This document shows positions 51,387 through 64,000 of a stretch of 64,000 bases of DNA, in pieces (position 1 is the stretch's first letter; each line of letters begins with the position of its first letter). The notes beneath the pieces are model-generated. The model did not search any database. It saw only the letters and a list, made by a program, of their open reading frames with translations, and was not told where the DNA came from. Origin of the DNA: Kudoa neothunni (Eukaryota; Animalia; Cnidaria). Position numbers and translations under genes: made by a program. The DNA lies in contig OZ199839.1 in the NCBI GenBank assembly GCA_964304625.1, positions 92,577-156,576 on the forward strand. Reading direction: 5' to 3'.

Positions 51387-53524
51387 CTCTGGGTTCCACG
51401 ATCCCATATACATTTACCGGCTTAATTATAGTATTAATGTGTTAATTCATGCATTAATTCGTGGTCTCTCTTAAAGCTAGCTGTGTTGTATAATAACGCT
51501 TTGATAAGAAAAGAAAATAAGAATAAATATTCTACTAATTTTTTGAAATACAATAAAAATAATATTCCTCGTGGTATGCTCGCTGCATACACTTTTTTGC
51601 AAAGAGGACACGCTTATTCCTACGAGTTACGGGGCTTGGACAAAAATGACATGGCCTTCGTCTGTTATCTTTGCAGATTTGGGTTAGGTTTGATTTATTA
51701 TTGGAAAATTGATATCTAACAATTTCCGTCGAGCGTTTCAAAGTGGGTTTGGTAGAAATTAATGGATTTTCGAATTTTCTTTCTTATTCTTCTTTTATTA
51801 ACGAATAAGACAAATCCAATGGGAATCCTTGTCTTCAACCAGTTTTATCGGTTCTCATGTAGGTAGGATTTCTATTTATGAAGATTACAAACGCGTTGAA
51901 TGCAGCCACATCTAATAATTGGCGAAACACCGCGAATGATCAATGTCGACACATTCTCTTGCAAGAATATGTTGAAACACACTGATCTAATGTGTCAACG
52001 CCGCATTTTTATTGTAGTCTAAGATTGCCTTGAGCTTAGCATATGATATTCTTTATTTACATTTTGAGTACGGTGTTCTGATGGAAGAACAACCACTGCC
52101 TTGTTTTTACGCGGAACGTACGAAATAAGAATGAATACTTTGTAAAAACCCAATAACGATGAAAATATCTTTCTTGATCTATGCGCCAAAAATTCTGGGG
52201 ATATAAAAGTTTTGCATATAAATATTCAGCCAGTTTCCACGAAGTGAAATAATTGTCGATGGTGATACTACGACCTGCATCCAACAGATGTTGTGTTAGA
52301 TTTACCACAACATTAAAAGGCAGGTTGGATTTACGGTAACGGTCAAATTTACCAAAATATGGAATCATGTTTGAAACATAAAATGTGTCGCTGTCGCAAA
52401 CAATCCAAAATTTTAAACCGTATTTCAATGGTTTTTTGGGCATGTAAACCAAAAATGAAACTCGCCCCCAAAAAGGATATAGCTGTTCATCAACAGTTAA
52501 ATTAGGACCTGGGTTATAGCTAGTTTTACAAATGTTAGTAAATTCGTCGAATATTTTTTTTATCAGTGAAAATTTATCTTCCGATCCAGGATTGTTGTTT
52601 CTGGTCCAGTACTCATCAAAACGCAATACACAGGATTTTTATGAATTTATCTCGACTCATCGTTGCAGGAAATAAGGGCCTCCCATGAATTTCATCCCAC
52701 AAAATTTTTGTACATTCCGAATTGGATTTGTAGATGACAGCTAACAACAACAACAATCCCAAAAAAGCTTTTAATTCAATCAGATCGAGATGTTTCCATT
52801 CATCTCCTATCTCATCGATGCCTCTGTGATTGGTATACAACATGATTTCTTCCATTATTTGTTTAGTTATGAAATGATTGAAACAATCAAGTGGTGTCAT
52901 TGAATCGAAAGAATCAATTGGTTTCCTTGTACAATAATGCGGTCTAATATATTATGACAGGAAGTTCGTCCAGAAGTGATCTGGGGAGTACAAATAATAG
53001 ATGTATCTTTTGACAAATAATTTTTAATGGAATATCGAGTGTTACAATCATGTGAGACAATTTGTGAAGAAGAATGTTGATTAAATACATTTAGTTTCCT
53101 CTTAGATGAATATATGAATAATGAAATGAAGAATTTAAATTTTTTCGATAAATTAACCGTAATATTCATTTATTAAACTTTCGTTTAATTCGTTATTATC
53201 TTCCAAGAAATTTTTTAGCTCGTTTGAAGATAAACTTTCAGTGTCAGATGATATATCAGTAAATAGATGGGAATCTTCCATTATAACTGTTTGGTGCAAT
53301 TTTTTGATCCAATTTTGTTATGTACAAACATAACAGGCTTAATGTATGTAATCCAAAAGATGAAAACACTGGTCTTACAACCATAAAAAAAAATTTTTAA
53401 TGAATAACACCAATTCATGGATAATTAATTTTTATGAATTTATGTGAAATTTCAACCCAACAATAATTAGTCTAACCTAAGTAATTGACGATGTATCATG
53501 TGGGTGGGTTCGTGGAGCCCAGGG
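51387..53524 (-). mobile_element. piggyBac transposon, decayed (PGBD4-like)
   Basis: TIRs ctctgggttccacga and tcgtggagcccaggg+TTAA (53525). Motifs ELKAFLGLLLL, TMSRDKF, LTVDEQLYPFWGR, KPLKYGLKFW, ITIDNYFTS. Frameshifted. Confidence 0.9.
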
Positions 53525-53539
53525 TTAATTTAATAATAC

Positions 53540-54100
53540 GTAAAAAATATCAGAAAGTTGGAATTTTTTATTACAGATGAAGTGTTAATTGATATATTTT
53601 ACAAATAAACATTTTCTAAAATATCGCCGGATGTTCAAAGAGCATGATTGTGAAGAGTCCGATTTGTGCTATGTTGGAGGCACTCATTCGCTGGGATTAT
53701 TTTTTTTTATAACAAAATCGAATTTAACAAATATAAATGTTTTTTTATTTCTAATTCGTAAAAGAAAATTTAGCCAGAATCGAAAAAGCCATTAAATGGA
53801 AGTCTAGACTACGCAGATGACGACATGCTTGGTTTTAAATAACTCTTCTCAGAATATATCGTACAAAATAAGATATGTTTTTAGGGGTACCAATTCTTAC
53901 TTCTTAGAATACTTTGCCTCTACAGAATATCCGACACTTGACAAAATACTCTGCGCATTCAAAAGTAAATTTGTTTTTAAGAAATACATTCCCTCAAAAT
54001 GTTCTAAATATGAAATTAAAATTTTCAATATAGCGGATTTTTAAATTTTTTGCACTATAACACACAAATTTATGTTATGATTCATAAAATAGATGGTTTA
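53540..54100 (+). pseudogene. Short decayed piggyBac transposase fragment
   Basis: TLDKILCAFKSKFVFKKYIPSKCSKYEIKIF resembles the piggyBac DE...FRGR...YIP.KP.KYGIK segment. Confidence 0.5.
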
Positions 54101-56699
54101 TCTCAAAATTTCATGTTGTGTCTAGTTAGGCTAAAGTTGGCGAAGGGTTGAGGATTAAGTTAAATTGTTTTTTCTAATTAGAATGATCATTTACAATTCC
54201 TCTATTTTTTATAATCGATCTTTTCAGCACATAAGGACGTTTAATAGAAATATAAACGATTCCTTTTAAATATTATCTCCTCATTTCTAAATGGAAATAT
54301 GTAAACAACGAAATAGAGATTACAATATTCCCTCCAACCTTATTCTTACTCATTTTTACTGACAGTATTATATCAGTCCTATTGTAACGAATGGAAACGT
54401 TCAATTATTGTTCTTAACGACTTTGAATCACCATTTAAATATATAAAATTTTAAATTTATTATCACCAAAATAAGATAAATTTCGAGAACAAAAATTGTA
54501 TAAAACTAACCATTTCCTCATAAAAAATGTCAAGGGTTCGTTATTTTTTCGCGCTCTGCGATGAAAATCTATTCTTATAAATATCATAATGTAAATTTAC
54601 GAAGCTAATTTTCAGCTGTAATGCAAAAAATTAATTACATACAATTATGTATGTATTTATATATATATATATATATTCTGGTTCGCCTTCTAATTTAGCA
54701 CGACTATCCGACCCTTGCCCTAAGAGAAACATCACATAAAATTGTTTTCTAATCAATTTCTCTATGTGAATACTAATTAAAATATGGAATCACTACAAGT
54801 GATGACATAAGATAAAATCAAACAGAAATAATCTCAGGAATTCTACCCCAAAGAATCTCGCTATATTTAATAACTACAAAACAACGAAACATTTTAAATT
54901 TTAAAATATTCCATACTGATCAATATTATAAATATCAAAAACTAAGATTTCTTTTAAAAATAATAATTTTAAAAATTGGAATTATACAATATTCAGTCCA
55001 GTTTTGACTGTAAACTATTTTTCATAATAAAGTGCATGAATACGCATGCGCTGAGATAAAACTTTTGTAGTGCTTGTTCTGGCTCGTATGATCGACAAAT
55101 CATCAACCAAAGTGCACAGTCGAATTCTATAAATGATTAAGTTTCTGTAGGTCTGTTTAAGAAGGATACCGTGTTGTTTATTGGGCGATGCTTTCTTCGA
55201 TACATTCACACAAACACCTGGTTTTTTAGAGATGGAGAAAATTCCAGCCAATCACCCAGTCGGAAAAACCAAGTAATTTGTTTTCAGTTGAATTTATCTG
55301 ATAATTTTTATGAAGTGACTGTAAAAGTAACACATTCGAAGCGTATTTGTTGTATGACAGTTACGCTAATGCGTTACAAGTGATACATTTTATCAACAAA
55401 ATGTCGTTTATTTGCAATGAGGGTATTTCCATTCGATGACCTTTCATCATAGTTAACATATGCTTAAGTGAATAATCGTACCCATTCAATTTGTGCAATG
55501 ATAGCGATAAACCAACGATTTTTTAAATGTCCGAAACTTATTGACCATTTGGAATCTGATAGAATCCCGGTCGGCGATGCTGCAATAGGAAAAAGTACTT
55601 TTCTTTAATTTGGTTGATCTAATGAATTTCGAAATAAAGACGAGGAATTTATCAGATTTCAATCAATTATTCAAAAACCACAAATTAATATGTCCGAAGC
55701 TGAGGCATACATGAAATCATTAGCTCCATCTGCCACCACATTGAACAACCATTCTTCTAAATGTAATTTAATTTTACGATATTTAGTTTTTTTGAATGTG
55801 TACTAGCCAATGAAAAGGTTCATATTATTAATCCTAAGCTTAAAAATGATAACAGAAAATCGAATTTTAACTCATCGAAAAAAAATGAAAATGGTGATCG
55901 AAGGCCGAAAAATCCTAAACAATATCGTAGTTCAGTAACTATAATGTTGGCTATTAATTTGAAAATTAAGAGGGTGCGCGCAAGGGGAGAACCGACCGCG
56001 TCGGTGATAAATCAAAGGAATAACCGATGTCGCTCAGAATTTCTCGTCCTTGGTGGTTGAATTGTTTGGTATTAGTCACTACTTACCGGATATTTGTGGA
56101 ATGGGTGATCACTTGCTAAACTCATTAGTTTAATGCTTTGTGTTATTTTTATTTTTGTGAACCCTTTACTTATGCTTGTTTATACGCCATATTTTTTCAT
56201 ACCTATTACCTATTAACGACTAGTTTTGCCCAATATTTTTTCTTTTTTTTACTAATAGTCGGTACTCACCAAAACTTCCCGTTATTCAAGATATTCAAGA
56301 CAGATGCAAAGAGAATTTGAGTCTTAAATAAAAACACCAAATAATTTAAGATAATATTCAATATCATTGATTAATAGATTAATATAAATTGTTCTCTCTT
56401 TTTGGTGTATTCCTCTCGAGAAATGCATAAAGTATAGTGTTTCCACGAAAATAAGACATTTTCTTATACTAATTTTACACAAGAAATAGCTATTAGGTCT
56501 TACATCTCCGACATAAAATCAAAATAATTATACTCCTATGCGATTATCTAAAAAATCAATATAGATTATGTTTTTGATAGCAACAAATCATTAATATCTT
56601 CAAAGAAAACGAAATTACTCATTATTGTTGTAACTAAAGCCTGGTAATCAAAGTACTGTCGAATAACCATTACTACAATACTCTGGAGCACTGTCAGGT

Positions 56700-56856
56700 T
56701 TTACTTAAAATTCTCACTAAAAATATCACTAGGTTCTATTCAAAATTCCCTCCGAAAATACAGTCAAGTCTTATTTATAATTCCCATTAAAAATATTGAT
56801 AGGTCTTAAAATTCCCCCGAAAAATACAGTCAAGTCTTATTTAAAAATTCCACCCA
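56700..56856. repeat. Degenerate ~33-bp tandem repeat
   Basis: Recurring aaaatacagtcaagtcttatttaaaattccc units. Confidence 0.6.
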
Positions 56857-58420
56857 AAGGGCGAACTTTTGCCGATGCGTGCGCACTAAAAAATGTAATG
56901 AATTATATATTATTTTTTTACCGGATAATCTAAACAAATTGCGAACTATAAATTCTTGTAATGGATTCTAATAATAGGTTTCCGTGGTAGAAAGTGGCTA
57001 TTGGCACGGTAAATAATACTTAGGTGACATTAGTTTTGACTGCATTTTAAAATTGTTGGCCTTAAGAACGAATCGGTGGGTCAGAAATAGTTAAATAGAG
57101 CAGATTCTACAAAATCAAATCTGTTAACAACTTATAAATAAGGATGGCTGAGATTAAAAATTTTGGTCGCGCGTGCGTACATGCCGTTTAGGATTAAATT
57201 TTAGCGTGCCAATAGCCTCTACCTTTTAAGCGTTTAACTACTCCTGACTAATGATGTCACTCTTACGTATTAACTACGAAGAAGACATAATTAGCTAGTC
57301 TTATTGGAACATAATGATTATTCGAATAAATTGAGTATGGAAAGTATTTTTGCTGGTCTCAGCATCTCCCAATGTCATCTCTCTGTTTGTTCGTATCTGT
57401 CGAAATAATAGCATCATTCTTCGTGGAAATAAAACTGAATCCAAATATTTTATTACATCATTTATATTCATTTCTAATTGACAAATTTCGTCACGTGACG
57501 TTTTTCACACCCTTTGAATCTGAGTAAATAATAGTTTTAAATTTTTAATTATTCTTTGGGAGGCTTAATGCTTAATATTCAGTGAATTTTTAGGAAATTT
57601 CGGGTTGAATTAAGTTTGAGAGTTCTTTTAAGTTGTGTTTAATTGTGGAAATATTCAATTTAAATTTTGGTTTGATTCAAAGTTTATTTCTATTTTTTCA
57701 AACATTATTGAAAGGCAGTCGATAAGTCGATATCAATATGGGGGAATTTTTTCATTTTTTGATTATGACATTATTTGTTGGGAAGTAACAGACTTGAGGG
57801 CCTTTCCGAACTAATAATGGATTTTTTGAATTTTTTTCATTTTAATCCCTGCAGCGCAATTATAACACTCGGCTCCAAATTTTCTTTCCACTTTTTTAGT
57901 CGTAAATAATAATTAAACCTAGAAATTTCATTAAAAATTTCTCAAAATAATTCATTTTAAAATAGGATCAAAATATCTTGAATAAATTTAAAGTATACTG
58001 GATTAATAAGCGATAATGTATTTGAATCGATTTTTAATTTGAGATGGTTCTTTGTTTTATTATAATACAGTGATTTTTTTGAGTGACAATTTAAGTAAAT
58101 ATTTTTTAATTAATCCGGGGATTAAATCAGTACGAATGTGTTATATAAAGTTGCACAAACAACAAACAAACTATTAATTTTATAAAATCATTTAACAAAC
58201 AGCCGAGTTTTAACTATGAGAACAATAAAAATGCACATAAACTTATTTAAAATTAATTAAAGACTGCAAGTAACGCTTTAAAGGCGATAATATCGTACTA
58301 TAGTTGAAGTTTTGAATTCTTAGTTAATCGGTCGGTGAGGCTTGAATACACCGCCAAAATATTTCATGATTAAATAATTAAATAAACACTCAGCTAAAAT
58401 ATTAATGATCTTATTGGGTC

Positions 58421-60085
58421 ATGACCAGTACATTTGGAAAGTCATTGATGACGGTGGAAACTAGGCCAACTATAAAAGACCATCATACTATTCAATCTTT
58501 TGAACTGGTGACCAAGATTGTTGACATGAACGAAAAAACAAAATATAACGATAGAGCGTTGCGGAAATCCAGTCTAGTTAATGAACTGAACCAATCTAAT
58601 CTATCAAATGAATTACGCGATTTCATTATGAGGCAACAAGAAAATCAAGAAAGAATATGGTCTTCTCAGTTAGCAACTGCAACAAATTTGTCCCTCTATG
58701 TCATCAAATCTATTGTCGCGAGTGGCAGATATAGTGTAGGGTATTATGTGTCGAAACATGGAGTGAGACAGCAGTTTTTTATGAAAAAAATCACATTTAC
58801 CCGCCTTAAGTCGTTGGCTGATTACACGGATGTAGCTAGCGAATTACTGTTTCTGTGCAACAGTTTCCACCCACTCATTGCCAATATGTACGAGACATTC
58901 TGTGATGCGAACAGTATTTTTATCGTTACCGAGTTGTTGTTGGGTGGAGATCTACAGTATGTGATGGAAAATATGTTGGAAATGGACAAAAATATGGCTC
59001 ACTTTTATATGGTAGAATTGGTGGGTGCGGTACGATTTCTTCACGAGTAACTAATTTTTGCCTTTACACAATTCAAAGTTAACATTATAAGGAATTATCA
59101 TTTTTTTAAATTATAGAAAAAATATTATGCACCTAGATATATCACCCCAAAATTTATTATTCACTGATAATGGACATTTGAAACTCGCTAACTTCGGTCA
59201 AACACGTTATATGAATGGTAATAGTTGGCTTTTCCTCTATCTTCAAATGGTCTACGATAATAATATGGAAGATATAGTCGAGTGTGTAGAAACTATCCTG
59301 AAAGAATCGTCTTCTCTCTCCAGTATCCATATTTTACGAAACCCCGTTAACTTTTAAATTCTAACTGTATTTTCTTTGAGAAGACAATATTGAACAGATG
59401 ATTGATTCGAACAAACAAATTTTAAATCAAACCGATTATGCCCATTTTCTAATGCAATTGGTACGTACAGAATGCTGCACTTTTAGAAGCACGCGTTTTT
59501 TCAGTGCACCAGAAATCGTCTTAGGAAATGGTTACAACCAACTATCAGACTCCTGGTCTATTGGCGCTGTTTTCTATTACATGCGTATGGGTCAACCACC
59601 TTTTTGTATAGAGTGCAAAGAGAGCTATCCCAATCAAGTAGTCTATTTATTTGTTACGTGATTAGATGAAGCGATTTTCTCATTTTTTTATTTAGACAAA
59701 CAATATCACAAGCTGTTTGATAAATACTAATATACTGAAAAATATGAGCGAAGAAGAAGTGAAATTACTACAGGTTACACTTGTTAGTAGTAGGGTGAGA
59801 AAACCAGTTCTAAATTCTGCCTGTCTCTCCGAGTCGTTAATTGGTCAACCTTATTTTAATATGGTTGATTGGAATGAAAGTTTTCATTATGCAACTGCTC
59901 CGCTAATGTGAGTTTTCATGCTGTCCAACTGAAGATTTAGATTGTTTTCATTTAGCAATAAGACCAACTACTACAAACGCCCATCGTCCGATGTGAAAAC
60001 CATTTTTGACTATGAAATTGAATCAAGTGAAGATGCCTCCAACAATACTCTAAAATCGTTACTCAAATGTTTCTCTTCTAAGTAA
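58421..60085 (+). CDS. AGC-group (MAST/NDR-like) Ser/Thr kinase-fold protein, probable pseudokinase, ~5 exons
   Basis: Exons ~58421-59046, 59117-59217, ~59381-59637, 59696-59907 and 59956-60085 (the second intron's boundaries are uncertain). Subdomains: ASGRYSVGY, FFMKK, ELLLGGDL, FYMVELVGAVRFLHE, HLDISPQNLL, GHLKLANFG, SAPEIVLGNGY, DSWSIG, GQPPF, PYFNMVDW, AGC-like tail LKCFSS. Confidence 0.8.
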
Positions 60086-63000
60086 CTATCAAATTAATTT
60101 CCTTAATTAATTAATTAATCTTTTAAGAAAATTTAACATAGTCAATACCTATCCTCCAAAATCATCCAACCTTCGATCCTCTAATATTCAAACCACAAAT
60201 TACCTTGTTTAGTCTTGCGTTTTCAATTTATTTAACATCGCCGTTTCATTAACCGTGTTTAATTTTTTTTTATTCGCAAGAATAAAATATTCTTAATTTT
60301 TAAATTCATAATACTGATTTTGTAATTAAAAACATCATTAAACCCAATTTATTAATCGACCAAACAGATAAATGTAATTTTTGGGGATAAAATTACTTTA
60401 ATTTAGAATTTTTTAAATCTGTGTGGAAAAATGATGAAAATTTTATACTTTTAAAACTTAACTTTTTGAAACGTTAGCATTTTTCTACGTGCTGAAAACC
60501 ACCATTTATGGATGAGGTGGGAATATTTTTCATAAATAGCTACCGTCAATAAGCTCTATAATCTATTAGAAAACATGGAATGTTACGTATAAACTTTAAT
60601 TTAAAAATATGGAATGTACAGATTAAGTTTATTGCTAGAACAATAACCTAGATAAAATGTATTGGTAAAACTAATAAATAATTTTACTCTTAATTGTTAA
60701 ATTTTTTAAGTTTGAATTATCATAAATTCAATTTTTTGAAATTTGATGGTTGGATTTCATGTTCTAATGTCTAGATAAGCGATTCTTATTTTTGTTTTGA
60801 TCGAATCTACAGGGTTCAGCAGCGAATGGAACCTGAGGGTTTGATGAAAATATGTTTTATTTTCCCAATTTAATTTAGACTTACATTTTATATTAATTTT
60901 TATTTATGTTTTAAGAAAATATATGAATTATGTTATGAATGTAATTAAAAGGCAATTTTTAACAATAACATAATTTCAATAACAATGTCGTGAAATTTTT
61001 AGGGTTCGATAAACCCAAAAAAGTTGAAAAAACCTGGTCTGGATATTATTTTGACTGTTCCGAAATAAATTATTTTAAGAATATCATAGAGTCTTCAAAA
61101 TTTATATTATTTTTAAGAAAGTTAGATTCACAAGTAAATTCGTCTTTTTTAATGTTTTTATTTATTTTGAACATACATCAATATTTTGTACACAAAGTAG
61201 TTTGTAGGTTAGTATTATGTTAAGAAATTAATTTTGTTGATTATAATTTATTTCCAAGATGCTAAAAAGGTATGCTTATCATCGCTTAACCCATTTTGCC
61301 GATTTTGATTCATATATTAATCTATTAGTTAAATATTTAAGTAATAATATCAATAAAAGATATATTAAAATTTTAAATTATAGTCTTGATCTTAACACAT
61401 TATTTGAATGAAATAATCGGAAGCATTTCTTCATACTCAAATTTAAAATTAGTCAGATTATATTAATTTTTTAGAAGAAATATTGTAAAATATATGTACC
61501 ATCGTAACAACATTTATAATGAATTTTAAAAGTTAGAAAATAATTGTTTTATTTAATTTTAAAAGAATTATCCATTTCTTCATTATATTTTATTTCTCTG
61601 TTTGGAATTCTGATCCTTATATCTTTTTAAAAAAAATTAAAAGTATAACTAATGAATTGAAGTTGCGAGGGCTAAATAAAAGGACCGTGTAAATATAAAC
61701 GGTTATAAAAAAGTACATTCGAGCCCAAATTTCATTCGCTTGGCTGTCTGGTGAAACGAATTGATAAATTACATGTTTAATTAATAAGTTAAAAAGATAA
61801 CATTAAAAAAATTAAACTTAAAAATCATTCAAAGATGACTTATTTTTGGTTAGGAATCTTTTTTTAATTATCTTTCTATTTTATTTTTTGATATCTTTAT
61901 TATCCTTATTTTTTCCATTCGATTACTTTATTTCTAATAAATTTTAATTTAAATAATTGGTCAATGTTGTTTCGTTGACGCTATTAGTCAAAAATATATT
62001 TATATTTTATTTAATGATTTTGTCGCATTTATATAATTTTTACCCATTTAAATTAAGAAAGAAAAAAGAATATTACAAAATAATTTATTTAAATAACATT
62101 AATTCAGTTATACATCAGGAAGAAATCGAACAAAACATTCTAAAGCCAAACTTTATTTCTCTGCAAGAAAACAAAATAAATGTCTTATTGAACTTTAGAA
62201 TTTCTTCTACACTAAGTCATATTCGGCATGGGTTTTCAAATAGGGCAGCACCATTTAAGATTAGGTTTGAAATGGCCAATAAAAAAGACATAATCATGTA
62301 TCAATGATAATGTAGTATCTTTTGGTTATAAAATGTGAAAATAATTTATATTTCGATATAAACCTTAGAAAATCTCAATTGATGTTATAATTTTCATCAA
62401 TTTTTTATTCAAAATGTAAAAATATTGGAGCAGTCACCTACATACGAAATGTGAGCAATGCAGTGAATCATATGCAGCGCCTCACTTTGTCCTTCTGCGA
62501 TGATATGGGAATTTAACTCGCATGTACACCCATCTAGACTCTAGAGCAAGATACTACTCCAAATTCTACCTCCCAACTTCAAGGTTGTTGACTCTGTGGG
62601 ACAAACAGGAAATATTATTATAATTTAATAGATCCCCAACGATCCAAACGTCTAATCTACCTCATCCCATAAACATGACTTTTAACCACAGATGCATCAT
62701 AAATATCGGGCTTACACTCTAACCAAGCTTCTATTAGAGAATATGGTTAGGCAGAAGTAGTGACTCGTGCTTGTATTAATAATCTCCAGAGAATAAGTCA
62801 AAACGTCAAGGCACCCATACCCTCATTCCCTTTTTCAGTACACACTAGTCTGGAATACAATATGTACACCTCAAATTTCACATATCTTTGCGCAAAAATA
62901 CACGTAAGATGTCGCATCTCTGACGTAAACGCGGGTAAATAAAATAACAGACTAAAAGTATGTTGTATAAGAAACTATACAGTTGTATTTTAGTTTCAGA

Positions 63001-63118
63001 TGGATAAACTAAATGGCGTCGAATAAATATAGCATAATTGATAAGACAATAAATTTTTTAAAAAATCTGTTGGGTCTCAACAACTCTAATAACGTACACC
63101 CGCGTACAAACACCAACG

Positions 63119-63965
63119 TTAACCACTAGTAGGCAGGGTGTCTAGTAGGTTTTTGCACATAGCCGAAGCTCTTCTCACTATCCTTTTGGTATCTTTGATG
63201 AGCAAGCAAAGTGTGAAGTCGATAATTTGTAAGAATTGAGGGCTAGGGGTTAGTTTATTTTTCGAGAAAATCTCAATGACAACGACGAAGAAATTGATGA
63301 GTTGGATTTTGAATTTAAGGGGATATCCACCATGGCACATTATCGCATCAATCGCTTTCACAATAGATTCTTGGCTGGAAAACATAATAGTAGGATTGGA
63401 GCGGCAAATGCTGGTGAAAATCTCAATGTTTTCCATGAGAAGCGAACCAGCCATGGAGTTATCATTGTTCACAACGTATTTCTCAATCTAAATTGAAAGC
63501 ACACTCACAACAAAATTCACCATTTATACAATGAGTTGAATAGAAATACGATATGCGGGTTTATTTTTGAATAATCTGGCAGATTCGAAAAGCACCTCAA
63601 AATGATAGGCACTCTGGTAGATAAACTGTCGCCAACAATCTTATTTTCAAACGAATCGATCACAAACAACGACAACCATTGAACGAACAGTTCACAAAAC
63701 GATGTTTCGTTGGAGAGGGGTTGTTTAAGCCAGTGAATCCATTTTGAAGTTAGTACACATTGTAAATTTGAGAAATCGTCCAGGAAAGTCAGATCAACTG
63801 GCACTTTCTCATTAGGGCTGTCAATAAAGGTATGGTAAAGTTGGGCGCATGTAAGGAATCCACGTATAGGTTGGAATTCGGCCGAACGAATACATTTTTC
63901 AATCAGCAATCTGGATCTTTTGATCAACAAACGTTGTTTGTGGGTGGCAGCTTTAGTTGCGTCAT
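63119..63965 (-). CDS. MMS19: MMS19-like HEAT-repeat protein (cytosolic Fe-S targeting), 3' part only; the gene runs off the window
   Basis: Two exons (~63965-63550 and ~63487-63119) with helical HEAT-like sequence. The C-terminus LLIKDTKRIVRRASAMCKN resembles the MMS19 C-terminal LDDKKRLVRKEAV motif, recalled from memory. Confidence 0.55.
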
Positions 63966-64000
63966 CTACACATAAAAAATTATATTTTAATCGATTAACA

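Overview
This is AT-rich eukaryotic (animal-like) genomic DNA, not prokaryotic. Genes are split by many very short (about 35-70 nt) spliceosomal introns, and intergenic space is full of decayed DNA transposons. That profile suggests a compact-genome metazoan parasite such as a myxozoan (inference only). Host genes reconstructed by hand-splicing: (1) a 7-exon USP7 deubiquitinase (9278-16273, +) with a probable GC-AG intron; (2) two tandem ~23-exon ADAM-type metalloprotease/disintegrin membrane-protein genes on the minus strand (20491-24025 and 34847-38250), almost invisible in the ORF track; (3) an orphan Cys-rich type I membrane protein (47474-48522); (4) an AGC/MAST-like probable pseudokinase (58421-60085); (5) the 3' part of an MMS19-like gene at the right edge. 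Mobile DNA includes four near-full-length dead piggyBacs with different TIRs, piggyBac fragments and MITEs, hAT elements, and a complete non-autonomous Helitron whose empty site survives in the paralogous copy. The most interesting system is the ADAM pair. Both copies appear to lack a prodomain, carry a variable-number (M/I)PPR(T/R) stalk (16 vs 9 units), and are near-identical across a sharply bounded core. Yet they differ almost only by amino-acid-changing substitutions, clustered at the Met-turn/specificity loop and the Cys-rich region, which looks like a diversifying surface protease family.
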